A stretch of 64,000 bases of DNA from Octopus vulgaris (taxonomy: Eukaryota). The stretch is taken from the NCBI GenBank assembly GCA_951406725.2, contig OX597827.1, forward strand, positions 41,540,001 to 41,604,000, read 5' to 3'. Positions 1 to 14,073 of this stretch are shown in pieces. The position numbers and the translations under genes were made by a program. The notes under the pieces are model-generated. The model was not told the DNA's origin and made no database searches. It was given only the letters and a program-made list of their open reading frames with translations. How positions within the stretch are numbered: position 1 is the first letter of the stretch; the number at the start of each line of letters is the position of its first letter.

Positions 1-199
1 GATCTCTCTCGCTTCCAGCATATCTCTCCTTCCTCTATCTCTCTCTCTCTCAATCATTCGTCAAGGATACTCTATACTTGTTTAGTCCTGCCTCTGCCCT
101 TCCTTATTCCCTTCACACAAACACAAACACACACACACACACATACTCTCTCTCTCTCTCTCTCTCTCTTTTCTCTCTTTACCTATTGAAGCGTTCATT

Positions 200-330
200 A
201 TACAGAAATAGCATGATATTGTGAAGTATGATCCGAGAACATTGCACCTCTAGGACAATATGGCGCAGGATCGAAATGAATGGCTGTATGCCATGGAAGG
301 AATCCGTCATCACTTGCCAGAAGAGGTAAA
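200..330 (+). pseudogene. RTE-like LINE ORF C-terminal remnant
   Basis: 215-301 translates as DIVKYDPRTLHL*DNMAQDRNEWLYAMEG, resembling the 'D.V..DL..L.L...MAQDR..W' end of RTE-clade ORFs; contains an in-frame stop. Confidence 0.5.
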
Positions 331-640
331 CCGATGACAAAAAATCATAATGCTGTTGTTGCTACTAATGTAAAAAAAATAAAAAAAGAAAAAAGAAAAA
401 AAAAATATATGTATGTATGTATGTATATATGTATGTATATATATATGCACGCGGAATAAAGTATGAATGCAACATTTGTATGTGTGCGTTTATGTGTGTG
501 TGTATGTGTGCATGTGTGTGTGTATTTGTGCGTGCGTGTGTATATACATATGGGTTCAGGTAATAAACATATAAACCTACCTACCTACTTACCTAGCTAC
601 CTACCTACCTACCTACCTACCTACCTACCTACCTACCTAC

Positions 641-696
<56 letters not shown>

Positions 697-741
697 GTAT
701 ATGTTTTTATACCAACCCACGCACATACGTCGTGTAAAGAA

Positions 742-777
<36 letters not shown>

Positions 778-1080
778 TCATACATATCTACTTACCGATA
801 GAGTCTTATTCTTCCCTTTTGACACACACACACACGAATACACACACACATGTTTATATATATATATATATACATAAATACTTATAAGTATGTATTTATA
901 TACACACATACTTATATATATACACACGCACATATCCATCAAGATCCTCGACTATAAGATCATTAGAGTACAACCAATTCAATGCCAGAACAATAAAACC
1001 ATTCCTTCGGCATTTCTTCTACTCATATAACAAATATGTGTATTTGTATGCTTTTGCGTGCGCGCAGGAATATGTATACG

Positions 1081-1144
<64 letters not shown>

Positions 1145-1189
1145 CAGAGATGTACAAATGTATGTATATATAAGTATGTATGTATGTGT

Positions 1190-1231
<42 letters not shown>

Positions 1232-1365
1232 ACATACACACATACACGTATATATTTCTGTGCATACATACATATACGTATATGTATGTATGTATATATA
1301 TATATATATATATACATACAAATATAAATATATACACACAGCGCATACTATATATATATATAATG

Positions 1366-1410
<45 letters not shown>

Positions 1411-1574
1411 TGCATGCATATGTATGTGAATATAAATGCACGTTCACACACATATATATATATATATGTATACACACACAGACACACATATACATGTACA
1501 TACATATAGGCATATACATACATATATATGTATATACATACATATATACATATATGCATACACATATACATACA

Positions 1575-1638
<64 letters not shown>

Positions 1639-2320
1639 TGCATTTATCCAAACAATTACACGTACATACACACACGCACATACATCTTACGGAAGTTACA
1701 TTACAACGCCACCTTACGGCAAAAACTAATAAATAATGTAAGTATTAGGTTTTAGAGTATCTATCGTATTTTTAATATATATTTTTTTTCATGTTTCTAC
1801 GCCCCCTCTTGCTATTTTTTATATTTAATATCTTTTCAATCGTCGCCTTTGTAGGTTCGCCATTATTTTTGCTATTGCTGTCGTTGTTGTGCGTGTGGCT
1901 ATTGTTATTGTTGTTGTTGTTATTGTTGCTGTTGTTGTTGTAGTCTAGTGCTACGATGTTCTTGATCTTGGTTACTCTAATATTTTGTGAAATGGTAACT
2001 GCAAGAAGAAGAGGTTGGATGGAAGGGGTGGAAGAAAAATATAAGACAAAAAAAGATGAAGGTTGAGTGAAAAAATACGTGAGTGCAGTATTATTTGTAT
2101 AGTGGTCTGCGACTGTTTGAGTGTGTGTGTATGTATGTATGTATGTATGTATGTATGTATGTATGTATGTATGTATGTATGTATGTATGTATGTATGTGT
2201 GTATGTATGTGTGTATGTATGTGTGTGTGGGTGTATTAGTGTATGTGCGCGCGCTTATGTACAAGTCACCACAGCACCCTCCCTCAGAATCATATAAATG
2301 TAAATGTACACCGGACACGT

Positions 2321-2369
<49 letters not shown>

Positions 2370-2503
2370 GTGTGTGTGTGTGTATGTATATATATATGTA
2401 TATATATATATATGTATATATATATATGTATATATATATATGTATATATATATGTATATTTGAATATATATATATATATATATATATACACATGTATATT
2501 TGA

Positions 2504-2538
<35 letters not shown>

Positions 2539-2682
2539 TATACATATATATCTAAATATATATGTACATATATATGTATATTTGAATATATATATATATA
2601 CACACATATACATATATGTATATATATATATACTTATATATATTCATATATACACACATATGTATATACATATATATATACT

Positions 2683-2716
<34 letters not shown>

Positions 2717-2961
2717 CATACATATGCATATATATATAAATGCATATCTATATATATACACATGCATATATATGTATCTATATACATATAACGTATATAT
2801 GCATTATAGTGTGTTTGTGTGTGTATAATGTGTATAGGTAAACGCGCGTAAGTTTTATGTATACACACACACGCACACGCACGCACACACAGAAGCAGGT
2901 GCTCATTCGCTGTTAACCATTTTCTCAAACATACATAAGTTTATGTGATGTGGTCATGTGT

Positions 2962-3001
<40 letters not shown>

Positions 3002-3611
3002 ATGTATGTGTGTGTGTGTATATACACACACACACATATATATATACCGTCAATTTAGGTCTATGTATGTATGACTGAGGGGTGGTGCTTATATAGATTC
3101 CCATACAGGTAACACTATTCTTCTGTATGCTGTATCCACACAGACATGTACGCAATTTGTACGTAGAAATAAGCACAGACATGTACATAAAAACGCCTAC
3201 ACACACACGTACATGCTCTCTCACACACGTTCTCTCTCTCACACACACACACCCACAAACAAACACACACACACGTATTTATACATAGCATATCATACAT
3301 GAATATAGTTATATCTATTTATACAAGATAAAAAAATGTATATGATTAACTAGCTATTTATGTGTCTACGCATCATGTATTGATATATTTCTCTGTAATC
3401 CACCATTTTTCTATAGCGTTATTTATCTTTCTATAGAGTTATCTGTATCCTTCTGACTGCGTACATCTTCGTTTTCTGAAAAATCTTTCCATATCAGGTA
3501 ATGTGTTTTACGTTATACGACGAACATCTTCTGTATTTTACACTTGTTCACCTCATTCCTTTTATTACCCAGTCTACTAGTGTACGAAACTGTATTTTGT
3601 AATCTCTCTCC

Positions 3612-3789
<178 letters not shown>

Positions 3790-3856
3790 CTGAGTGCATC
3801 TGGTAGACGGAAACAGTGAAGAAACCCATAGTATATACTCATATACGATACAGGGT

Positions 3857-4128
3857 GGAGGTACATGGCCTAGTGGTTAGAGCAGCGACTCGCGGTTCGA
3901 ATCTGAGACCGGGCGATGTGTGTTTTATGAGCGAAACACCTAAGTTCTACGCGGCTCTGGCAGAAGGTAATGGCGAACTTCTGCTGACTCTTTCGCCACA
4001 AATTTCTCTCACTCTTTCCTCCTGCATCTTGCAGCTCGCCTGTGACGGAACGGCGTCCCGTCCAGGTGGGGAACCTATACGCCAAGGAAACCGGGAAACC
4101 GGCCCTCATGAGCTAGGCATGGCTCGAA
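3857..4128 (+). mobile_element. tRNA-derived SINE, head type A with tail T1
   Basis: A-box TGGCCTAGTGGTTAGAGC and B-box GGTTCGAATC; body shared with 11327 and 51450 copies; tail (GGGGAAC..TACGCC..GAAACCGGGAAACCGGCCC) shared with the 48860 copy. Confidence 0.85.
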
Positions 4129-4167
4129 CAGAGACTCACACACACACTCACATACACATACATCCAT

Positions 4168-4204
<37 letters not shown>

Positions 4205-4226
4205 CATACATATGCATACACACACA

Positions 4227-4601
4227 TTTTTAATTATATTAGAGGGTACACGAAGGACCAGTTTTTCCAGATAGTGGAAGTAAAAAATCTCAACTTAATC
4301 ACCAATCTCACTGAAAAAATGTAACGGAACAACAGAAATAGGGCAAACGAATTGAATTTAACGGTAAGACCTGCTGCGGAGATTCAAGACTCTAGCCATA
4401 ATTCAAAATTCCGATCCAGGTATATCTGTTGCCTTCTTCTACGGCTTTTTAGCTGAGAAAATATATGTTAAAGTCCACTCGTTTGCCCGATTTCTGTTGG
4501 TCCGTTACATATTCGCAACAAGACTAGTGGTTAAGTTGGAGGTTTTTACTTCCACATTTTATCAAGCTGGTACTTCGTGTACCCTCTAATATAATTAAGA
4601 A
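4227..4601. mobile_element. Fold-back/MITE-like element with ~135 bp imperfect terminal inverted repeats
   Basis: 4227-4362 (TAATTATATTAGAGGGTACACGAAG...GGGCAAACGA) is the reverse complement of 4468-4601 (TCGTTTGCCC...CTTCGTGTACCCTCTAATATAATTA). Confidence 0.75.
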
Positions 4602-4785
4602 TTCATTGTATAGCTACTTAATGCTAATATCGCTTGCTGCCATTAATGTTATTGTTATTGATTATTTAGGTTTTCCGCTGATAATATTAATAGTAATATC
4701 TTTACGAGTATTCATTTTGAATATTTCCTCATTCTTATATATATATGCATGTGTGTGTGTGTGTATGTATGTATGCATGCATATA

Positions 4786-4826
<41 letters not shown>

Positions 4827-4830
4827 TATG

Positions 4831-4977
<147 letters not shown>

Positions 4978-4981
4978 CCTG

Positions 4982-5290
4982 AAGGCGCGCGGGTTAGTGA
5001 TAAGGGTATTCGGCTTACTTTTGTAAGGTCTTGAGTTCGAATCATGTCGCAGCCTTGTGTTCTTGTGCAAGACATTCTTTTTCATGTTGCTCCAGTTCTG
5101 TAAACTCGCAAAAATCAGCTGTACTTGTAATTCAAAGTGGCAACCTTCTCATAATCTGCATCAATCTAAATCTCCATGAGAACTACGTTAAGGGTACGCG
5201 TGATTGTGGAATGCTCAGCCGAGGAGGGTGTTCCGTTGATCGGATCAACTGTTATACTCGTTGTCGTAACCAATGGTATGCCAGTTTACA
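4982..5290 (+). mobile_element. tRNA-derived SINE, CORE-like head with tail T3 (diverged)
   Basis: A/B boxes (GGTTAGTGATAAGG; GAGTTCGAATC); TGTGTTCTTG.GCAAGACA..GTTGCTCCAG core; tail GAGAACTACGTTAAGGGTAC shared with the 51450 copy. Confidence 0.75.
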
Positions 5291-5921
5291 TATATGAATA
5301 TGTGCATATTTATATTGCAGGGAATCACTCGCTATTCTTCGCCATTATAATACCTCTTTACTTATTAGTTTATCTGACGTAATCTTCTCATGTAAACACG
5401 AGCTTTATTCCACATTTGCTCATTACATAAAACCTTTACAATTTCCCCTAATTATAATTTCTCCTAATTGTGGCCGAATCTCTTTACTTTTTATCCAAAT
5501 ATGCAAGTCCAAATTTTCCCTATTCTCTTTCTCTCAACCACTTCCGTCCTCCGATACCCCTCACTCCTTTACCTCGATACTTATCTCTACCCGCCTCTTT
5601 GTTTGATCATTTGGCATTTCTAGCTGATTTATGGTTGGCATCATATCTTTGCCACTCGTGAAGTTCGCTAGGCTGATTTTAACTTTATCTTCTCTCCTTC
5701 TCTCTTCTCTCTGTTTCTTCTATTTTATCCTTCTTCCTTTCTTTTCATGTGGTAGATATTGTCTTTCCTCTTCTTTCTCGTACCTCTGATCTGATCTGAT
5801 TCTGCTCCCTCCGCTTATGTTTGCTAGCGCTAGGATATGAAACATATTTGTCAATCTCCTCTTGATGAATGTTATCGAGCTTATTGTAATTTGTGTATAT
5901 TTATGTTGTGTATATATATAT

Positions 5922-6300
5922 GCGAAGGAGTGGCAGTGTGGTATGTAGCTTGTTCACGAACCACATGGTTTTTGGGTTCAGTCCCACTGTGTGGCACCTT
6001 GGGAGAGTGTCTTCTACTATAGCCTCGGGAAGACCAAAGCCTTGTGAGTGGATTTGGTGGACGGAAATTGAAAGAAGCCCGTCGTATATATATGTATATG
6101 TTTGAGTGTCTGTGTTCGTCCCCCGCCATCGCTTGACAATCGATGTTGGTGTGTTTATGTTCCCGTAAGCTAGCGGTTTGGGAAAAGAGACCGATAGAAT
6201 AAGTACTAAGCTTACAAAGAATAAGTCCTGCGATCGATCTGTTCGACTAAAGGTGGTGCTCCAGCACGGCCACAGTCAAATGACTGAAACAAGTAAAAGA
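5922..6300 (+). mobile_element. SINE family B, full length
   Basis: GGAGTGGC.GTGTGGTA..GGGTTCAGTCCCACTG..GGCACCTTGGG head, internal TA/TG repeat, tail GACTGAAACAAGTAAAAGA; at least 6 copies in the window. Confidence 0.9.
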
Positions 6301-6704
6301 ATATATGTATAAACATATAGATATATATGTGAGTTTAGAGGGATGTATATATGCGGGCGGATACTGTGGTCGCTCTCAGTTATGTTCCAGGTTACGGCTA
6401 ACCGCACCGATTAGTATTTAGCCATAAAAATATGGTGTATGATATTCGAAAATAATCGTTATAATTATTCCACAGACACACACACACACACTCTAACTCA
6501 TATACTCACACACATATCAATATATATATGTAAATGTATATATGTAAATATATATATATATATATATATATCAGTATATGTATGTATGTATGTATGTATA
6601 TATATATATATCACTACATACATATTTGTATATACTGTTAATATTTTAGTTACACTTGTCAGATAAACACTTCCAGACTTAACTCTTCACTTAAAGACGC
6701 TTTC

Positions 6705-7093
6705 ATATTCTCTGTGGCCATGCTGGGGTACCACCTTCAAGAATTTTCTTAGTTGAATGAATCGACCTGAGTAGTTTTTTGCCGAAGCACCAAGTTACAG
6801 TGACGTAAACACACCAGCACCGATTGTCAAGCGATGGTCGAGAACAAACAGAGACACAAATACACACACTCACTCAGACGCACGCACATACACACACGCA
6901 CACACACGCACACACACACACACGCACACGCACATATACGGCAGGCTTCTTTCTTTTTCCGTCTACCAAAAGCCACTCACAAGGCTTTGGTCGGCCCGAG
7001 GCTATAGTAGAAGACATTTGTCCAAGTTGCCACGCAGTGGGACTGAACCCGGAACCACGTGTTTGGGAAGCACACACGTCTTACCACACAGCC
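6705..7093 (-). mobile_element. SINE family B
   Basis: Reverse-complement homologue of 5922-6300 with internal (CA)n. Confidence 0.85.
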
Positions 7094-7729
7094 ATAACTG
7101 TTTACATTCGCTTCATTCATATAGATATAAGCATTTAGTTGATTCTTAAGCGGTGGTATAGCGCAGATTTTGTCCGTCCTTTACGAGAGCCAACTTGGTT
7201 GCCTTACCTTCCTTCTACCGCAGCATACGTTTGACTAGAGCAATTGTCCTTCATCTCTCATATTGGTCACGCTGTCGTCCGCTCTCGACACACCACACAT
7301 CCCCACGCCATGCTCCTGTCCTTGAGTGTAAACAAACGTGATATTCGTTTTTTTTTCTTTCAAATCTCGATGTTAATATTTAGAAAGGGAGTTATTATAT
7401 CACGGATTTTTTTTAAATATTATATTACTCTGGATATTGAATTTTAAAACAAGGTTATCCTATAAATCCTTCTTTCATCTTTCGAAATCTTTCATTACGA
7501 CAAGTATATCATCCACATAACGACTGTATATTGCTTTGATCAGTTATCACATTATTTTGTATAGCTGTCATGTAGAAATCGGCAAACATGAGATCTAACG
7601 GAGAACCCATGGCTTCTCTTTATTTTTACTTATAGAAGTTGCCCGTGGACAACGAAAGGCTACTACAGTCGGATAGAATGATTGTAGCTTTCTGAGGAGC
7701 TTAGCAGTGTTAGTTTATATCATTTGGTG

Positions 7730-7792
<63 letters not shown>

Positions 7793-8339
7793 ACACACAC
7801 ACACAAACAAGCAAACACATACACACATATACAGAGAATCTTGGGGCTGTGAAAGCGAATTTCTTAACCACATTGGTTATAGTTGCACCTGTCTATCTTT
7901 CCATTATGGTTTGAGACAAATTCATCGTCGAAAGTTAATCTACTCGAAGATAACAATACAGTTATATGAATTCGGTAAGACGAAACAATCCAATTTAAAA
8001 TTTAATATTATAAATGAATTATTACTTCAAAAACAAACAGAAATACAAACTGCAATTCGCCGCATTGATAATTAACTTGATAGAAAAAAAAAACGCCATT
8101 TTTTTTTTGTCATAGCCTTAGCAGCTATGACGAAATGGCTTTTACTGTTCATTATACCAGTCACGTTCACTTAACTATTATCTAAACATGTTTTTCTCGT
8201 CTCGTCTTCACAGTTACCTCTGATACACTGCAAATTACTTAACTATCCTGCCTCAGGACGTCTTTGTCTCCAACAGTTCAATCCGTATTGTTGGATGGCC
8301 GATATAAGGATAATTCCTTGTTTGTTACTTCTGTTATTG

Positions 8340-8394
<55 letters not shown>

Positions 8395-8407
8395 TATAAA
8401 TATACGT

Positions 8408-8600
8408 ATACATTATTTACATTATTTACATTTGACGGATATTTGTCCTCATCTTGTTTGTTGTTAACACTACGTTTCGGCTGATATACCCTCCAGCCTT
8501 CATCAGCCGAAACGTTGTGTTAACAACAAACAAGATCAGAACAAATATCCGTCAAATGTAAATAATGTACAAAATTCCACATCTCTTAAAAATGGAGTTC
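8408..8600. mobile_element. Fold-back PLE terminal fragment containing a partial minimal hammerhead
   Basis: 8408-8485 is inverted relative to 8502-8570; minus strand reads CTGATGA-A-GGCTG..CAGCC-GAAACGTA; same family as 43760-43915. Confidence 0.75.
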
Positions 8601-9071
8601 ATATATATATGTATATATATATTATACATACGCGCACACATGCTGATATATATTAATGGAGCAATAAAAATATATGATTAGGACACCTCCTCCCCTAAGT
8701 ACGACTTTCTAAGTAAACACTCAATGGCACGGTAGCCATCAGAAAGAAACCCATTTCCAGCAAACGAAAGAAATATTTGGTTTCAGAACAGATATCACGA
8801 AAATTATTTTTATTTTCCCTTCTCTTACGGCTTGACTACATCGTCTTGAAAACGATTGAAACCAGTAGCATATCTTGATAAAAATGTAACTCCTTTTGTC
8901 CACTGTAAGGTTTTGCAATGTATTTTCTTTTCGTTTCTTAATATAAATTCAAGCGTGTGAAACCTCTTAATCTCTCTCTCTCTTTTTTCACCCTTCTCTT
9001 TTCTCTGTGTGTTTGTATATATATATTACGCATTTAACTATTTTGTTTACGTATTTCATATTGTTTGGACC

Positions 9072-9137
<66 letters not shown>

Positions 9138-9148
9138 ATGTATGTATG

Positions 9149-9286
<138 letters not shown>

Positions 9287-9307
9287 TTTACTATATTTAT
9301 TATGTAA

Positions 9308-9908
9308 TTGAACGCTACGCATCCATTTCCAAGTAAGTTTATTTTCACCTTTTGATGTGACCCTCTTCTCTATACTGTTTTCTTCCTACATCTTTCTCTA
9401 ATTCCCCTTTTATCCCCTCCCTTCTTCACCGTTTTCTATCTGTCTCTATATCTCTCTCCCCTCTTTCTTTTTTCTTCTCTTTCTCTCGTTGCTCACACGT
9501 GATCATCTTTCTTTTCCTGCACGGACATTCAAATGAGCGGACTTTTTTTTCTTTCTCTCTTCTACATATTCTCTTCTTTAAAAAATATGTTTCTCACACC
9601 GTTCACTATTTTCCTCTCGTTCTGGTCTCACGACCCTCCGTGTTTGTTTTCGTTCGGTTTCCTTGTAGGTCCCCAATGTCATTTTTTTGTTCCCAGCTTT
9701 GACCCTCCATAAATCCTAAATTTTATTTTAGAATTTATGGGAGCAACTGTCTTTAAAGACTTTTATTATCGGTGAATGCTCGAAATGAGTAGATAGACAG
9801 CCGACAACTGATGAAGGGCCCTTTCTCTGTGTTTACTTGTCCTGTTTTCCTTTTTCTCGTTGTTTACGTATTTCATGTTGTTTGAACAGTTGGTGACGTC
9901 CGTACCCG
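9308..9908 (+). mobile_element. PLE-like 3' end (subfamily 2) with rearranged hammerhead
   Basis: Colinear homologue of 58868-59512; flanked by (TA)n; contains the 9701-9820 structure. Confidence 0.7.
9701..9820 (+). ncRNA. Non-circularly permuted hammerhead-like ribozyme (partly degenerate)
   Basis: TTA (9763-65) ... TGCTC-GAAA (9782-85) ... CCGACAA-CTGATGA (9808-14); helices GAGCA/TGCTC, CTGTCT/AGACAG, TTATCGG/CCGACAA, GACCCT/AGGGCC. Confidence 0.55.
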
Positions 9909-9917
9909 TATATATAC

Positions 9918-10005
<88 letters not shown>

Positions 10006-10240
10006 ATATGTTGTTTATTGACTTTTTATACATGCTAGGCCACTGGTGGTGAAATTTCTAAGAATATTCGTTACCCTATATATATCTTACGAATATGATT
10101 CCAGCATTACGAAGATCAGCTCGGCATTATCCACTTACTACTGACTGAAACTGCGCTTGCGCGGTGAATTTTGAAAAATTATAACATATAATGATGAAAC
10201 ACGTGTTATTTGTCTAAATTATAAGTTAGTTGTTAAGGCA

Positions 10241-10311
10241 CGGTTACTGATGAGGATTCGCCTAACAAATTATCTTATTTGCTAAAGAAATCTGAAACCT
10301 AGGTATAACCG
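10241..10311 (+). ncRNA. Type I hammerhead ribozyme (PLE type, palindromic stem III)
   Basis: CGGTTA-CTGATGA-GGATT...AATCT-GAAAC-CTAG-GTA-TAACCG; perfect 6-bp stem I; predicted cut after 10305. Confidence 0.85.
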
Positions 10312-10802
10312 CAATAAATAACAAGGTAAAAGTTTTTACTTTTCATTTCCTCCGAAAATTGCTCTTAAATTTGGTTTTGGTCGTTTTGACTACTTCTAGC
10401 GTGTTAAAATTACCTGTTAAAGGTAGTTTTCTCTTGTGTTTAAATGTACGCTATTATATATATATACGCAAAATCACAAAGTCTACCTGTTGCGTTCCAT
10501 GGGTATAATCCGGTGGGTTCAGCTGTCGCATCAACTGCGGGTCAAAAGTAACGAAGTGTATATATGCATATGTATATATTGTGTCAGTTTATGTCTCATA
10601 ACTTAGCGAATCGAGAAATATAGTTCATCAGAATCGAGAGAATAAATAAAGGGACGGATGACGGTAGCTGGACGTGGTTGCAATCCAATAAAACAGAGAA
10701 AAGACACAGATGTACAAACACATGCAAACACACACACACTGAGATACATACACACGCAAGCGCATATAGAGGAAAATCAAGTGAGATAGATAGAGAAAGA
10801 GT

Positions 10803-10806
<4 letters not shown>

Positions 10807-10874
<68 letters not shown>
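10807..10874. repeat. (GA)n microsatellite
   Basis: Direct reading. Confidence 0.95.
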
Positions 10875-10878
<4 letters not shown>

Positions 10879-11055
10879 TAGATGGGAAGAGACACAGACA
10901 GACAAGTATGTAACAGATTACGAGCAGAATAACACTGAGAAGGAAAAATATCTTCACATATGTTTATGTTCTGAATACAACTTCCATCCTTCCGGGGTCA
11001 ATAAAAATTAAATATTAATCAAGCATCAATTAAATTGGGCCGATCGGTCCACCAA

Positions 11056-11140
11056 TATGTGCCATAGTGAAAGTGTTAGTGGATATGTATACATATATAT
11101 AAGTGTGTGTATATGTGTGTGTGTGTGTATACATATATGT

Positions 11141-11177
<37 letters not shown>

Positions 11178-11204
11178 ACATATCCACTAACACTTTCACT
11201 ATGG

Positions 11205-11212
<8 letters not shown>
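11056..11212. repeat. Perfect local inverted duplication
   Basis: ATATGTGCCATAGTGAAAGTGTTAGTGGATATGTATAC at 11056 and its exact reverse complement ending at ~11211, enclosing TG/TA repeats. Confidence 0.9.
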
Positions 11213-11276
<64 letters not shown>

Positions 11277-11281
11277 CACAC

Positions 11282-12470
<1,189 letters not shown>

Positions 12471-12567
12471 GCATATACATATATATATATGTATATATAT
12501 ATATTTTTTTTTCGCAGATGGTTGGTATGTAATTGTACATTTGTTTCCATGTATTGTGTGTAAAAAA

Positions 12568-12642
12568 CATCCTGATGAGGGGAATGTCAGTTTCGAATAT
12601 ATGAAATGTATCATATTAATTGGCGCGTCTCCGAAACGGATG
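12568..12642 (+). ncRNA. Degenerate hammerhead (stem III and cleavage triplet deleted)
   Basis: CATC-CTGATGA-GGGGAATGTCAGTT...AATTGGCGCGTCTCC-GAAAC-G-GATG. Confidence 0.5.
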
Positions 12643-12869
12643 AAAAATTTGATAATTTTGTAATTTTTCTATTTTTGTACTTTTTCTGTATTTTTTTCTA
12701 GAATTTTAATACGTCATTTCAATATGTCCTTTTTATGTTTAATTATCCCAAATTTTTAATTTACGAATAATTTACCAATGTTTTATAACTTTAAGGGTTA
12801 ATTCACTGGTCAGGCCGTTGTCTGTGCAACATCGATATTCCTCTCTCTGTCTGTGAAAACTTGTATCCC

Positions 12870-13260
12870 TGCCGTAAGGCTTCATTTCCACACACGACAG
12901 CTTAATTTAATTCGCCCTTAGTCGAAAGACACCTATTGCTATGTCCTGTTATTATTTTTATTGTATTTGTGTAACATTGTCCGCTTTTTCCGTCCTTGTT
13001 TTTGTATACATTCGCTGCTTTCTTCCAAGGAATCTAATGCTCTTAGCTTAGTTTTTCCTTGGGGCTGGCCAGATTGGAGCAATCTCGAATATAACCAGCC
13101 TAAATTGCAAAGATAATCTGGAACTCGACTGAGGAAAGAAAACTCCGAATGGCCCGCCTTTGTTTTCTTTGTATCGTCTATCTGGATGTTTTGTTGTCCC
13201 CTTTTTTGTATCACCTAACTGTCTGGATGTTTTGCGTTCTTGTCCAATTTTGTATTTTTC
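12870..13260 (+). mobile_element. PLE-like 3' end (subfamily 3) with rearranged hammerhead
   Basis: Same architecture as 26690-27150 and 9308-9908; T-rich tail running into (TA)n. Confidence 0.6.
13019..13141 (+). ncRNA. Non-circularly permuted hammerhead-like ribozyme (G12->T in this copy)
   Basis: GCA-ATC (13082-84)-TCGA ... CCAGCC-TAAA-TTGC ... TCGA-CTGAGGA (13129-35)-AAGAAA; helices GCAAT/ATTGC, TCGA/TCGA, GGCTGG/CCAGCC, CCAGATT/AATCTGG, TTTCTT/AAGAAA. Confidence 0.65.
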
Positions 13261-14016
13261 ATATATATATACATACATGCATATATATATATAAGTATAA
13301 TTATGTTTTATAAATTATATATAAAATGTCGAAAATTTTGCATTTTTATAGAATAACATATTTGTATCTATAAAGCAATATGTGTGAAATGTACGCCAAT
13401 CTACAATGCCTTTTGTGCTCTGCACGCATTCAGGCCCAGTGTCTCCATATGTTTTGGAGATAGAAAACTATATATTTAAAAAAAAAAAAATGTATGTATG
13501 TATAGATGCTTCTAATTCTATGAAGGAATTACTCACAGACTCACGCATACACGCATACAAACCACACACACACACACACACACTCGCAGTGCACACACAC
13601 AAACGCACATATACACACGCATATATATATGTGTGTGTGTGTGTGTGTGTTGGGATTTGAAAGTATAAAAGCAACAATGTGTGTATGTGTAAAAATGCGT
13701 GGGAGTGCCAGGAAAGAAGGATAGAGACATAATTAGCTGTATGAAATAGCTAATTAGCTACAAAGAGAGAGAGAGAGAGAGAGAGATAGATAGATAGAGA
13801 GAGAGAGTGAGAGAGAGAGGGAAGAATAGAAAGAAGAGAGAGAAGGAAATGGAGAGATGTATATACTTACATGCACACACATATATATGACACACATGCA
13901 TACACACACACACATATATATATATATATACGCATGCATACATGTATACATATATATATATACGTATATATATAAATGCACGCATATAAACGTATATATA
14001 TATATATTTTTTTTAT

Positions 14017-14073
<57 letters not shown>

